A model generated the notes under the pieces. That model saw only the letters and a list, made by a program, of their open reading frames with translations. It had not been told where the DNA came from and ran no database searches. 64,000 nucleotides of DNA from an uncultured Gemmatimonadales bacterium (GTDB lineage: Bacteria; Gemmatimonadota; Gemmatimonadetes; Gemmatimonadales; Gemmatimonadaceae): assembly GCA_963707505.1 (NCBI GenBank), contig CAVPQB010000006.1:544001-608000 (forward strand), read 5' to 3'. A program made the position numbers and the translations under genes. Below are positions 10,125 through 18,899 of the stretch, in pieces; the first letter of the stretch is position 1; each line of letters starts with the position of its first letter.

Positions 10125-11921
10125 TCACTTGCGCGATGGATCTGGTGCCGCCGTAAATACGAAAGTCTTGATTATTGCGAATGCAAACAGCACGAGCAAC
10201 AGCGACTGAAGGGCGACAGTCTCGACCGTGGGGAACAATCCGAGCCACGAGATATCGGGTACATGCGGCAACGGTGTCATGGGCAGCACGTTGCCCTCCT
10301 GCAATTCCCGTATTCCCCGGCCCGCGAATACGAACGCCATGTAGTACAACAGCAGGCTGGTTGCCGCGAAGAACATCCGCATCGGAATCTTCACGCCGAA
10401 CCGGTAGAACAGAACGAATACAACAGCCAGCGCAACGGAGCCCGTGACAATTCCCAGCGTGAGTGGCAGCGCCGCGCCGTGCGCCTGACTGAACAGAGCC
10501 TGATAGAAGAGAGCCGTCTCCGCGCCTTCCCGGTATACGGCAAGGAACGCGATCAACATCAACGCTCCGCCACTACCGTGCTCCAGCGCTACCGACACCT
10601 TTTCTCTGATGAACTTCTGCCATTTGTGCGCTTCAACCTTGGAGATAAGCCAGTAGCTGACGGAGAAGAGCACCACGACTGCAACCAGCAGCGATACCGC
10701 TTCGACGATTTCACTGCTCGCTGGAATCGCGGCGAGCGCAGTCTTGAGGATCACCGCAGTTATTGCACTCGCGACGACACCTAGCACGACGCCGATCCAG
10801 ATGGAGCGCAACCTATCGCGGTTTCCCGTCTTGATGAGAAGCGCGACTACCGCACCAACAACGAGTATCGCTTCGAATCCTTCTCTGAGGATTATGATGA
10901 ACGATTGCCAGAACATCGTTACCGCACCTTCGTCCGTTCCATTTACGAGCGCCACCGCGCGCGGCAGAGCGTCTGTGATCGCGTCGCGAGCACGAGTAGC
11001 CGCACGTGTATCACCGCCGCGCACGGCGACTCTGAACTCACCGAAGGAGCGCTCCAGCAATGAAACCAGTGCGGGATCCTTGGCGCGCACGACAGTTTCG
11101 AGTGGCTCGAACGCAAGGTAGGCGTCGAATGCGCCGTCGCTTGCCGAGGTAACGTCTCCGCGCCTTGCCGATGCAAGCGAGCTGTCCAGCAATGCCGCTA
11201 TCGACGACGCGGTGCTGCTGGCGTTGGTTCCCGTGCCGACAGCCTGCGATGGGAGCGACATCGGCTGTCCGCGCAGCTGATAGACATAGTTCAGTACCTC
11301 CCATCGCTGCTGAGGGGTAAGCGATTCTCCGAACGCCGGCATGGCGGTGCCATTGATGCCGACGGACGCCACATCGTACGCAAGAGCCGGAGTCAGATTG
11401 GGAGTTGCAGTCATGCTTCCAATTGCCGGAACAGGGGTCGAGAGAGTCCGCGCCATCGGACCGTCGCCGAGCCCGCGTGCGCCGTGGCACGACGCACAGC
11501 TTTCCGTGAAGACCTTTCGGCCAGCCACGGAATCGAGCGGCATCGACGGTAGCTCCAGCTCGGCTGCATTGCCCAGTGCCGCAAGCATGCGCATCCGGTA
11601 TTGCTCCAGAGCGGCGGGCGGTCGTTTTTGCGCCACGGCACCGATCAGCTCCCCGAGTGCCGACCTGGCGGCGGGCGCGTCATGTCCCTCCAGTCGGCCC
11701 GCGACCTCACGGGCGTTCTCCAGGAATCCGGCGACCTCGGCGTACTCCTCCGCCGAGATCAGCTGGCCTCGCTTATCTACCGCCAGTCCGTACTCGGCGA
11801 CCGCGACCGATACGATGCTCGCCAACCTTCTGGCTGCCGTATCCTGGGATCTCATGGTTGCTGGCGTGAGCCATAGTGAGGCGAGGGTGCACAGACACCC
11901 TATCCGTCGCTTGCAGTTCAT
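10125..11921 (-). CDS. Cytochrome c / FTR1-family iron permease fusion
   Basis: Signal peptide, CASCH heme motif, REGFE and REGAE REXXE motifs in the C-terminal TM domain. Confidence 0.9.
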   Translation of the reverse strand: MNCKRRIGCLCTLASLWLTPATMRSQDTAARRLASIVSVAVAEYGLAVDKRGQLISAEEYAEVAGFLENAREVAGRLEGHDAPAARSALGELIGAVAQKRPPAALEQYRMRMLAALGNAAELELPSMPLDSVAGRKVFTESCASCHGARGLGDGPMARTLSTPVPAIGSMTATPNLTPALAYDVASVGINGTAMPAFGESLTPQQRWEVLNYVYQLRGQPMSLPSQAVGTGTNASSTASSIAALLDSSLASARRGDVTSASDGAFDAYLAFEPLETVVRAKDPALVSLLERSFGEFRVAVRGGDTRAATRARDAITDALPRAVALVNGTDEGAVTMFWQSFIIILREGFEAILVVGAVVALLIKTGNRDRLRSIWIGVVLGVVASAITAVILKTALAAIPASSEIVEAVSLLVAVVVLFSVSYWLISKVEAHKWQKFIREKVSVALEHGSGGALMLIAFLAVYREGAETALFYQALFSQAHGAALPLTLGIVTGSVALAVVFVLFYRFGVKIPMRMFFAATSLLLYYMAFVFAGRGIRELQEGNVLPMTPLPHVPDISWLGLFPTVETVALQSLLLVLFAFAIIKTFVFTAAPDPSRK

Positions 11922-11988
11922 ATCCGATAAAAACTATCGGATTACAACGGGCCCGCTACTGCGGGCTTTTCTGGCCGCGAAGCCCCGT

Positions 11989-12411
11989 TCAGCCAGGGGT
12001 AGCTCCGGTGCGTCGCCGGGCACCGTCTATAGTCCGCCAGATATTGTATACAAAACAGTATGCCGCGATGGCTGACAGGACGCCTCCCGTACCGAGCACG
12101 AACGGCGCCGCCGGCACTGCATTTGGTGCGAGGCAAAAGCCAACGACCATCAGTGCCAGCCCAGCATTGGCGAGCCACCATTGCAGCGCCGCAAGGCTGC
12201 GCATGTGCAACGGGTGCCCTGTGAAACGCGGAATTACGTGATACGCAACGCCGTAGATCATCATCGTCACAAAGCCCAGCAGATTCATGTGAACGTGCGC
12301 GGGCCGGTAGATGATGAGCTGCGGATGCACGGCCATGCCGACGCCGAGCGTTACACCGAGCGCGAGCCAGGTGATGCTTGCTTTGAGAAACGCCTTTACG
12401 AACCACTCCAT
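11989..12411 (-). CDS. 4-TM heme-copper-oxidase-homology membrane protein
   Basis: AHVHMNLLGF..MIYG..YH..PRF resembles the HxH helix of HCO subunit I; four hydrophobic helices. Confidence 0.7.
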   Translation of the reverse strand: MEWFVKAFLKASITWLALGVTLGVGMAVHPQLIIYRPAHVHMNLLGFVTMMIYGVAYHVIPRFTGHPLHMRSLAALQWWLANAGLALMVVGFCLAPNAVPAAPFVLGTGGVLSAIAAYCFVYNIWRTIDGARRRTGATPG

Positions 12412-12474
12412 GCTGTTCTTATCGATCCGGTGTTGCGTGATTGGGTGAGTAAATGCATCCGCTACTCATGACGC

Positions 12475-12541
12475 AACTTATGCGAACAGGCATTTGACGG
12501 GTGTCGGTGTTTCCCTGAAGTAAGTGCGGCGATCTCCTGAC
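12475..12541 (-). promoter_or_regulatory. Promoter with phased boxes and -10 (TAAGTT)
   Basis: GTCGGTGTTTCCCTGAA 12503-12519 (15/17 identical to 605-621), second box ending CCTGAC at 12541 (+22); TAAGTT at 12480-12475. Confidence 0.7.
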
Positions 12542-12686
12542 AGGGAATTCGACGGGGCTCCATGCACCACTCCCACGCGCTGCCTGCACGGCGCGCGTGG
12601 GAGTGGTGCACCATGATCTCTCCGCCACGGGCCGTGTAGCCGAGCCCGGTGGAATCAATCAGCATACGCGAGCGATCTTCGCGCCA

Positions 12687-12944
12687 TCACTTCCGGTCAA
12701 TCTGCACGCGCCAGATTTCCGGCCCCTGTGCCTTGTACGTCCACTCGAACGTGCCAGGATGTTCCGCGTCGAGCTGGTACCGCAGCGGACGCGGATCGTG
12801 GTCGTTGATCAGAATCATCGACTGACCTTTCTCGAGGCCGTCGAATGTACGAAAGATGGTGGGGTGCTTGTCCCGCGGTGGAATGACGCGAACGTCCAAC
12901 TCGACGGGACCGTTGCCGGACTGTGGTGCGTTTGACTCTGACAC
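12687..12944 (-). CDS. Single DUF2249-domain protein
   Basis: LDVRVIPPRDKHPTIF..FD.L..G..MILINDHDPRPL.YQL...GPEIWRVQI; GGAG RBS before GTG. Confidence 0.85.
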   Translation of the reverse strand: MSESNAPQSGNGPVELDVRVIPPRDKHPTIFRTFDGLEKGQSMILINDHDPRPLRYQLDAEHPGTFEWTYKAQGPEIWRVQIDRK

Positions 12945-13009
12945 GTCCTACTCCTGTGATTGAAATCATTCATGGTTCAAGGCGACGTATGGAATACCTG
13001 CTACGGTGA

Positions 13010-13873
13010 TTATTCCACGCGCCATATTCTGACATGCACTTCGTTTGGTTGCGGCTCGTCTATGGTAAAGTGAAAACCTCGCTCTCTGAGAATTGGTAGA
13101 AGGAACTGCGGAACACGCATGTTGAGCTGCACCAGCATGCTCTCCGCTGGTAGACTCTCCAACGCTTCCAGGGTGCGCACCAGCGGCTCCGGTGGCTCCA
13201 TGTCTCTCACATCCAGCCACACCTCGGTGCGCGCCGGCGCGTTCTCGGCGCCTGGTGCGGTGGGATGTGGAGTTGTTGCGGCGGCGGCTTGCGCAGGTGT
13301 CGTCGCTGTGGTCGGGAATTCAGCCGCCATCTCCTGACGAAAGAACCACACTGACCAATCGTCCTCCCCATGCTGTTCCGCCCTGTGCGCGAATCCACGC
13401 TTCTGCATCACCGCAAAGAGTGGAACCGGCTCGAACGGTGCGCGCAGATGCAGTACCTCACGCTCACCGAGTCCCCCGACCGCTCCCATGATCCTGGAGA
13501 ATGGCTCACCACCGTTGCTCAACTCCTCCCGCACATCCAGCTCGACAACCGACGCCGACGCCGGTATGGACCATTGCGTTGCAGCGGGTTCGTCTGTCCG
13601 ACCAATCGCATCGGCGCTTGCCGTGTCACCGGGTACAGTGTCGATGCCGATCGCGTGGTTGAGATCGCGCACGAGCGAATCCGGGGACATCCTGCAGAGC
13701 CGCGCTGCCTGCGCCACGGTCGTCACGCGCGCCATTACTCGGCGCATCGGCGAATGACGAAGCTTGGCCAGCTGCGGCGAGTGACTCGCTACCACGTCTA
13801 TCAGTCGCTCATCACGCTCGAACAGGCTCTGTAGCTTGTCGGACGCCTGAACCGGCGTTGCGCTCGTATTCAT
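13010..13873 (-). CDS. DUF1858-like plus two DUF2249 domains
   Basis: N-terminal P.LAKLRHSPMRRVMARVTTVAQAA; LDVREEL..GGEPFSRIM...APFEPVPL; LDVRDMEPPEPL. Confidence 0.8.
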   Translation of the reverse strand: MNTSATPVQASDKLQSLFERDERLIDVVASHSPQLAKLRHSPMRRVMARVTTVAQAARLCRMSPDSLVRDLNHAIGIDTVPGDTASADAIGRTDEPAATQWSIPASASVVELDVREELSNGGEPFSRIMGAVGGLGEREVLHLRAPFEPVPLFAVMQKRGFAHRAEQHGEDDWSVWFFRQEMAAEFPTTATTPAQAAAATTPHPTAPGAENAPARTEVWLDVRDMEPPEPLVRTLEALESLPAESMLVQLNMRVPQFLLPILRERGFHFTIDEPQPNEVHVRIWRVE

Positions 13874-15276
13874 CAGAATGCCTTCGCAGTTGTAGGTTGA
13901 CCAACTCCCGCCTCAACGTTCCGGAACGATGTGCCGAACGTCACGCGAGCGATCTGACTCACGAACAGTCCGGTACCGGCCACGAACAGGATTGCCGCGA
14001 GGCGGACCGTCAGTGCAATACCTGTTATAACACCTATTTCCATTCCCAGGACGGCAGTCGTGAACAGCACGAGGTCGATGTGTGCAACGAGTGGTGAATA
14101 CAGTTGCGCCACGGTGGGAACTCGCTTCTTCCCCATATCCTCACGGAACCGCGCCATCCATGTCAGGAACGGCACGATCTTGTAGAACTGTCCAATCACG
14201 TAAAGTGTCAGCCCGCCGAGCAGGCCCAGCAGCACGTAGGCCGTATCCAGTCGACGGTACTCGGCACCTGTCGCCAGCACAACCGGTGCGAGCGCGGCGC
14301 TCGCTGCGAGAAAGGTCAGTGCGGTCGCAGCGTGACGCAGCCCCGCATCGAGACGCGGGCGCTTGCGTGCTCTGAAAAAGAGCCACGCCTGTCTGAGGAA
14401 GCAGAATAACCCGCACTCAATCAACAGCAGTCCCATCCACGGGACGATGTTGGGTTTGATACTGTGGCCAGCCATGATACCAAGCGCAAGAACCACCACG
14501 CCCGACGCGAGCAAGGCGAGCGCGCGAAACGTCCAACTGGTGTCGGCGCCGTGTGCCAGAAGAAACATCGGCAGGAGGCGGTGTGAGATGCCGACGATCA
14601 TCACCAGGACCCAGCCGAGCAACGCGACGTGCAGGTGCGTCGCAAGTACGGTGACGCGCCAGTTGCCGAGGAATCCGGCGTGCAGATTCTGAGCGAGCAA
14701 CGCGCCGATCGCGAATGTCACAGTGAGAAACGAGAGTGCGATCACGATTGCACCCCATATCACGTCGCGATCGACCACCCTGCGCAGTGACAACGCGACA
14801 TTGACGATGAGACACGTGACACCGACCGCTATCAACGTGATTCCAAAGTTGCGAAGCATCACCGAGCTGAAGGCCACTCCGGATGCAAACAGTGCGACCC
14901 CCGGTGCGAACGCACAGAAGCTGACATGTCCGGCTCGCTCAGATCTGATCGATACGCCGAGTGCGACTGGCAGCAGCTGGTACATGGCGCCGAAGATCGT
15001 CATGCTGAGCCAGCCGAGCGTGAAGCAATGCGTTACGCCGGCAACGTGCGGTGAGAGATACAGACCAGCGGCGAGCTCCGGCGCGATCCAGATGAGTCCG
15101 ATCGATCCCGCGCACAGAAAGAACAGCGCGGCCGCAAAGTGTTCACCGGGAAGACGGAGCGACGGAGTTCCTTCCATTGCGAGCCCCGCCATCCCTATTC
15201 CGCGCGTCGGGGCCGATCGTGCGGACCACGCTGGCGGGTGCGCCGCAATGCTCGGCATCGGCGGTGCGGCACTCAC
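13873..15276 (-). CDS. About 12-TM HCO-homology/NnrS-like membrane protein
   Basis: Three-fold repeat THCFTLGW..GAMYQLLP / THLHVALLGW..GISHRLLPMF / LLGG..GQFYKIVPF. Confidence 0.7.
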   Translation of the reverse strand: MSAAPPMPSIAAHPPAWSARSAPTRGIGMAGLAMEGTPSLRLPGEHFAAALFFLCAGSIGLIWIAPELAAGLYLSPHVAGVTHCFTLGWLSMTIFGAMYQLLPVALGVSIRSERAGHVSFCAFAPGVALFASGVAFSSVMLRNFGITLIAVGVTCLIVNVALSLRRVVDRDVIWGAIVIALSFLTVTFAIGALLAQNLHAGFLGNWRVTVLATHLHVALLGWVLVMIVGISHRLLPMFLLAHGADTSWTFRALALLASGVVVLALGIMAGHSIKPNIVPWMGLLLIECGLFCFLRQAWLFFRARKRPRLDAGLRHAATALTFLAASAALAPVVLATGAEYRRLDTAYVLLGLLGGLTLYVIGQFYKIVPFLTWMARFREDMGKKRVPTVAQLYSPLVAHIDLVLFTTAVLGMEIGVITGIALTVRLAAILFVAGTGLFVSQIARVTFGTSFRNVEAGVGQPTTAKAF

Positions 15277-16385
15277 TTGGTGACCGCCTCACTGTCTGCG
15301 AGCTGCCAACCCAGTGCGTTGACCACCTTGTGCGCAATCGCGTCGAAGCTTCGGGCGAACTCGCTGTCGCTGCGTGTGAGGACAGTCGGAGTACCCGCGT
15401 CTCCCTCGCTCACCACCTCCGCGTCGAACGGCACTGCGCCAAGCAGCGGAACGCCGAGTGCGGCCGCGACAATGCCGCCGCCGCCACTGCCGAATGCGCC
15501 CGACATGTTCTCCACGACACCGAGTACAGGTACATCGAGCTGCGCGAACATGTCTCCCGCCTTTTGCGCTTCGACACCTGCGAGCCGCTGCGGTTGCGTG
15601 ACGACAATTGCACCGGATACTTCGACAGCCTGCACGAGGCTGAGTGGGATGTCGCCCGTGCCTGGTGGAAGATCGACAATGAGCACATCGAGTTGCGGCC
15701 ATTCCACTCCGCGCGCGAACTGCTTCACCGCTTTCGATACCATCGGGCCACGCCAGATCGCCGGAGATCCCTCGCCCAGGAAGAAGCCGAAGCTGATGAG
15801 TGTGAGGCCATGTACGTCGACTGGCACGATGTGCTTGTCCGGGGTCATGCGAACGTGCTTCGAGCCGTCTTCGATTCCGAGCAGGATGGGAACGCTCGGG
15901 CCGTAGATATCGGCGTCGAGGAGGCCGACAACGAATCCCGCGCGAACGAGTGCGAGAGCAAGGCTGACCGCGACCGTGCTCTTACCAACGCCGCCCTTTC
16001 CCGCACCGACGGCGATGATGTCACGGACGTTGCTCAACCTGACCCGGTCTGCCCACGGGTCCGGCACTCCGGGCCGTGCCTGTCCGGCGTTCGGAGAATG
16101 CGGAATCGGCTTGCTCGGCGGGTCGGGTTTTACGATCTCGACAGTGACGAGTGTTGCGCCCAGTGCGGAGAGGCGATCGCGCACCGCGACGCTGAGCCGC
16201 TCCGGAATGGACTCATCCGTGGTGCGGAGCGCCAGTTGAACCTTGACCTGGCTGCCGCACACGGATATGTGTTTCACCATCCCGAACGACACGACATCGC
16301 GCGTCAGCCCGGGGTAGTGAACATCCCCGAGTGCGCTGCGTACCCTATCAACGTCGAGCTCGATATCTGGCTCAGCTGTTGCCAT
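15273..16385 (-). CDS. mrp: Mrp/ApbC/NBP35-family P-loop ATPase with N-terminal DUF59, lacking the CxxC motif
   Basis: GKGGVGKST, DADIYGPS, WRGPM, DLPPGTGD; VENMSGAFG where the family normally has ENMS...CxxC...FG. Confidence 0.9.
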   Translation of the reverse strand: MATAEPDIELDVDRVRSALGDVHYPGLTRDVVSFGMVKHISVCGSQVKVQLALRTTDESIPERLSVAVRDRLSALGATLVTVEIVKPDPPSKPIPHSPNAGQARPGVPDPWADRVRLSNVRDIIAVGAGKGGVGKSTVAVSLALALVRAGFVVGLLDADIYGPSVPILLGIEDGSKHVRMTPDKHIVPVDVHGLTLISFGFFLGEGSPAIWRGPMVSKAVKQFARGVEWPQLDVLIVDLPPGTGDIPLSLVQAVEVSGAIVVTQPQRLAGVEAQKAGDMFAQLDVPVLGVVENMSGAFGSGGGGIVAAALGVPLLGAVPFDAEVVSEGDAGTPTVLTRSDSEFARSFDAIAHKVVNALGWQLADSEAVTK

Positions 16386-16391
16386 GCCAGC

Positions 16392-16434
16392 ACGCTAGCT
16401 TGACTCCATGTGGTGAGGTGTGACGGATGTCTCA
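16392..16434 (-). promoter_or_regulatory. Class II Crp/Fnr-type promoter of the mrp operon
   Basis: TGTGA-CGGATG-TCTCA 16419-16434; TAGCGT -10 at 16397-16392; box centre about -41.5; ATG 6 nt after the -10 (leaderless). Confidence 0.65.
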
Positions 16435-16446
16435 CGGAGAAGAGTG

Positions 16447-17682
16447 ATGCCAGAGCATGTAGTTACAGCTGGCGCGCGCGCCAGAATCCTGCACGAAACG
16501 CTGGCGACACAGTTTCCAGCGTCTCTATTTCGGTTCGACGAACGCATGGCCGACGGATACTACTCCGACCGCTATTTCGTTCTGACGGCAAAGACCATAT
16601 CGCACGCTGGCCTCGATCCGATTGTCACCATGCAACTGTTTGCAAAACGACAGGGGATCCTGGCCGGCATATACGAAGCACTCCGAATGTTGCAGACTCA
16701 GCTCGCGATCAATCCGCGTACTGGATCTCGTTACGATTTCGACGAGCTCACGATCGATACACTCGTCGATGGCGACGTGGTCCTCCCGTGGGAACCGGTC
16801 ATGCACATCACCGGCCCCTATCTCGCGTTCGCGCACCTCGAAACCGATTACCTCGGCGTCATCGCACGTCGCACGCTTATCGCAACCAACGTGCGACGTG
16901 TCATCGACGCCGCTAACGGGAAGCCGGTCATCTTCATGGGTGCTCGGCACGATGACTGGCGCGTGCAGACCGCGGACGGGTTCGCCGCAAAGGTCGGCGG
17001 GATCGCCAGCGTCTCTACGGATGCGAACGGCGCATGGTGGGGCGGCGGTGGTGTTGGCACGATGCCGCACTCCATGATCGCATCCTTTGGTGGCGACGTT
17101 GTACGCGCGACGCTTCAATTCGCGCGATACTGCCGCGAAGCGGCATTGAATATCGACGTTGTGAGTCTTACGGACTATCACAACGATGTGATCGGTGATT
17201 CACTGGCAGTTGCGCGTGCCATGCGCGATGAATTTGGCGACGCCGCGCTATGGGGTGTGCGGATCGATACGAGTGAGAAGCTTGTCGACAAATCGCTCGA
17301 GGCCCAGGCGATGCGTTTTCCGGAACGGCGCCTCAATGGAGTGTGCGCCGAACTGGTCGTGCTACTGCGATCGGCACTCGACGCCGAAGGGTTTCACTAC
17401 GTACGGATCGGCGTGTCCGGCGGATTCCACGTGCGGAAGATCGAGCGTTTCGAGGCAGAGCATGTTCCGGTGGACTTTTACGGAGTGGGGAGCTCGCTCC
17501 TGGGCCACAATAACGGCGATGCTGACGGGCTCACGAACAACTTCGACTTCACGGCCGATGTCGTTCGGTTGAACGGCAGCGCCGAGAGCAAGGTGGGTAG
17601 GGAAGAGCGCAGCAACGCGAGCTTCATACGGCTGGATCACGAGCTACTGAAGCGTCTCGAAATCAGGGCCGTCGCGCGATGA
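16447..17682 (+). CDS. Nicotinate phosphoribosyltransferase-like (type II PRTase)
   Basis: YYSDRYF, FAHLETDYLG, GARHD, GTMPH, GVRIDTS, VSGGF, YGVGSSL. Confidence 0.8.
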   Translation: MPEHVVTAGARARILHETLATQFPASLFRFDERMADGYYSDRYFVLTAKTISHAGLDPIVTMQLFAKRQGILAGIYEALRMLQTQLAINPRTGSRYDFDELTIDTLVDGDVVLPWEPVMHITGPYLAFAHLETDYLGVIARRTLIATNVRRVIDAANGKPVIFMGARHDDWRVQTADGFAAKVGGIASVSTDANGAWWGGGGVGTMPHSMIASFGGDVVRATLQFARYCREAALNIDVVSLTDYHNDVIGDSLAVARAMRDEFGDAALWGVRIDTSEKLVDKSLEAQAMRFPERRLNGVCAELVVLLRSALDAEGFHYVRIGVSGGFHVRKIERFEAEHVPVDFYGVGSSLLGHNNGDADGLTNNFDFTADVVRLNGSAESKVGREERSNASFIRLDHELLKRLEIRAVAR

Positions 17683-17754
17683 AGGTCGATTCAGCTTGCA
17701 TGTAGTCACCCCGCGCCGCAGATTGCGCGCGATGATATCCATCGAGGTTGGATA

Positions 17755-18351
17755 GTGGCAGTCTGTCTGTGGCTCACAGCGCACGGTTCCAGTTGCCTGG
17801 AGGCGGTCGCCGTCATCTTCGGAATCATCAGCGTTTACCTGAGCACGCGCGAGAATATCTGGAGCTGGCCGACTGCTCTCGTCAACGTGGCGCTCTTCTC
17901 CGCGCTCTTCCTGGAGTCCGGTCTGTACTCCGATACCGGATTGCAGGTAGTCTACTTCGTTCTGTCGTTGTACGGATGGTACGAATGGCTGTACGGCGGT
18001 GCTGGTCGTACCGCCATCACGGTAACGCGCACATCGAAGAGGACGTGGATCGTGCTGGGTGGGATCGGCGTCGTGGTATGGGCGTTGCTCGGAACGATCA
18101 CGTCGCGCCTTCCCGGAACCGCTCTGCCGTACGTAGATGCCGCGACAACGACCATAAGCCTGCTGGCTCAATGGATGATGACCCGCAAGCTCATCGAGAA
18201 CTGGCTGATCTGGATTGCCGTCGACGTGGTGTACGTCGGCATGTTCATCTATAAGGGCCTGTATCTCACCGCATTCAATTATGGGATATATCTCGTCCTG
18301 GCAGTGATGGGTTACATCGCATGGAAACGATCGCTCGCGGCGACGGCTTGA
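17755..18351 (+). CDS. pnuC: PnuC-family vitamin transporter (nicotinamide riboside type)
   Basis: ENIWSWP, LYSD..LQ, YGWYEW, DA.TT..S..AQWMM.RK.IENW..WI.VD. Confidence 0.9.
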   Translation: MAVCLWLTAHGSSCLEAVAVIFGIISVYLSTRENIWSWPTALVNVALFSALFLESGLYSDTGLQVVYFVLSLYGWYEWLYGGAGRTAITVTRTSKRTWIVLGGIGVVVWALLGTITSRLPGTALPYVDAATTTISLLAQWMMTRKLIENWLIWIAVDVVYVGMFIYKGLYLTAFNYGIYLVLAVMGYIAWKRSLAATA

Positions 18352-18860
18352 TCCGCGTGGTTCTGATCGGCTCAGAATCTACTGGCAAGACGGTGCTTGC
18401 CCGGGAGCTGGCCGATCACTACCGCGCTGAGCTGGTACCGGAGTTCGTGCGCGATTTCGCCGTGCGGAAAGTATCTCCGATCGACCTCGCTGATACTGAT
18501 GCAATCGCACGTGGACAGATGGCGCTCGAGGATGAACACGCGACGCGGGCGACGCGACTGCTGATACAGGATACAGATCTGCTGAGTACCGTCGTATACA
18601 GCGGGCACTATTACGGAACATGTCCGGCGTGGATTGCCGCCGCCGCACGCCAGCGCAGGCCGGACCTGTATCTTCTACTCGAGATCGACGTACCGTGGGT
18701 GCCGGATGATGTGCGGGATCGGGAAACACGTCGCGAAGAGATGCAGCAGCTCTTTAGAGACGCAGTCGCGAAATCCGATGTGAAATACGCAGTGATCGAG
18801 GGAACATGGGAGCAACGGTCGCTGCTCGCGCGCGCTGCGATCGACCGGTTGCTCGCGTAG
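18348..18860 (+). CDS. NadR C-terminal-like kinase/ATPase (AAA_28)
   Basis: GSESTGKT, VPEFVR, IARGQ, DTDL, DVPWVPD..R; TTG start overlapping the pnuC stop. Confidence 0.85.
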   Translation: MIRVVLIGSESTGKTVLARELADHYRAELVPEFVRDFAVRKVSPIDLADTDAIARGQMALEDEHATRATRLLIQDTDLLSTVVYSGHYYGTCPAWIAAAARQRRPDLYLLLEIDVPWVPDDVRDRETRREEMQQLFRDAVAKSDVKYAVIEGTWEQRSLLARAAIDRLLA

Positions 18861-18899
18861 CATTCGGTTACGAGTGCACCACGCGAGCAACCAGCATGG

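Noticed and set aside
12955..12970. TGTGATTGAAATCATT as a fourth Crp box
   Set aside because: Lacks the GTGAC/GTCAC core of the other three and overlaps the RBS region; too weak
17683..17754. Possible NAD-related riboswitch before pnuC
   Set aside because: No recognisable consensus elements
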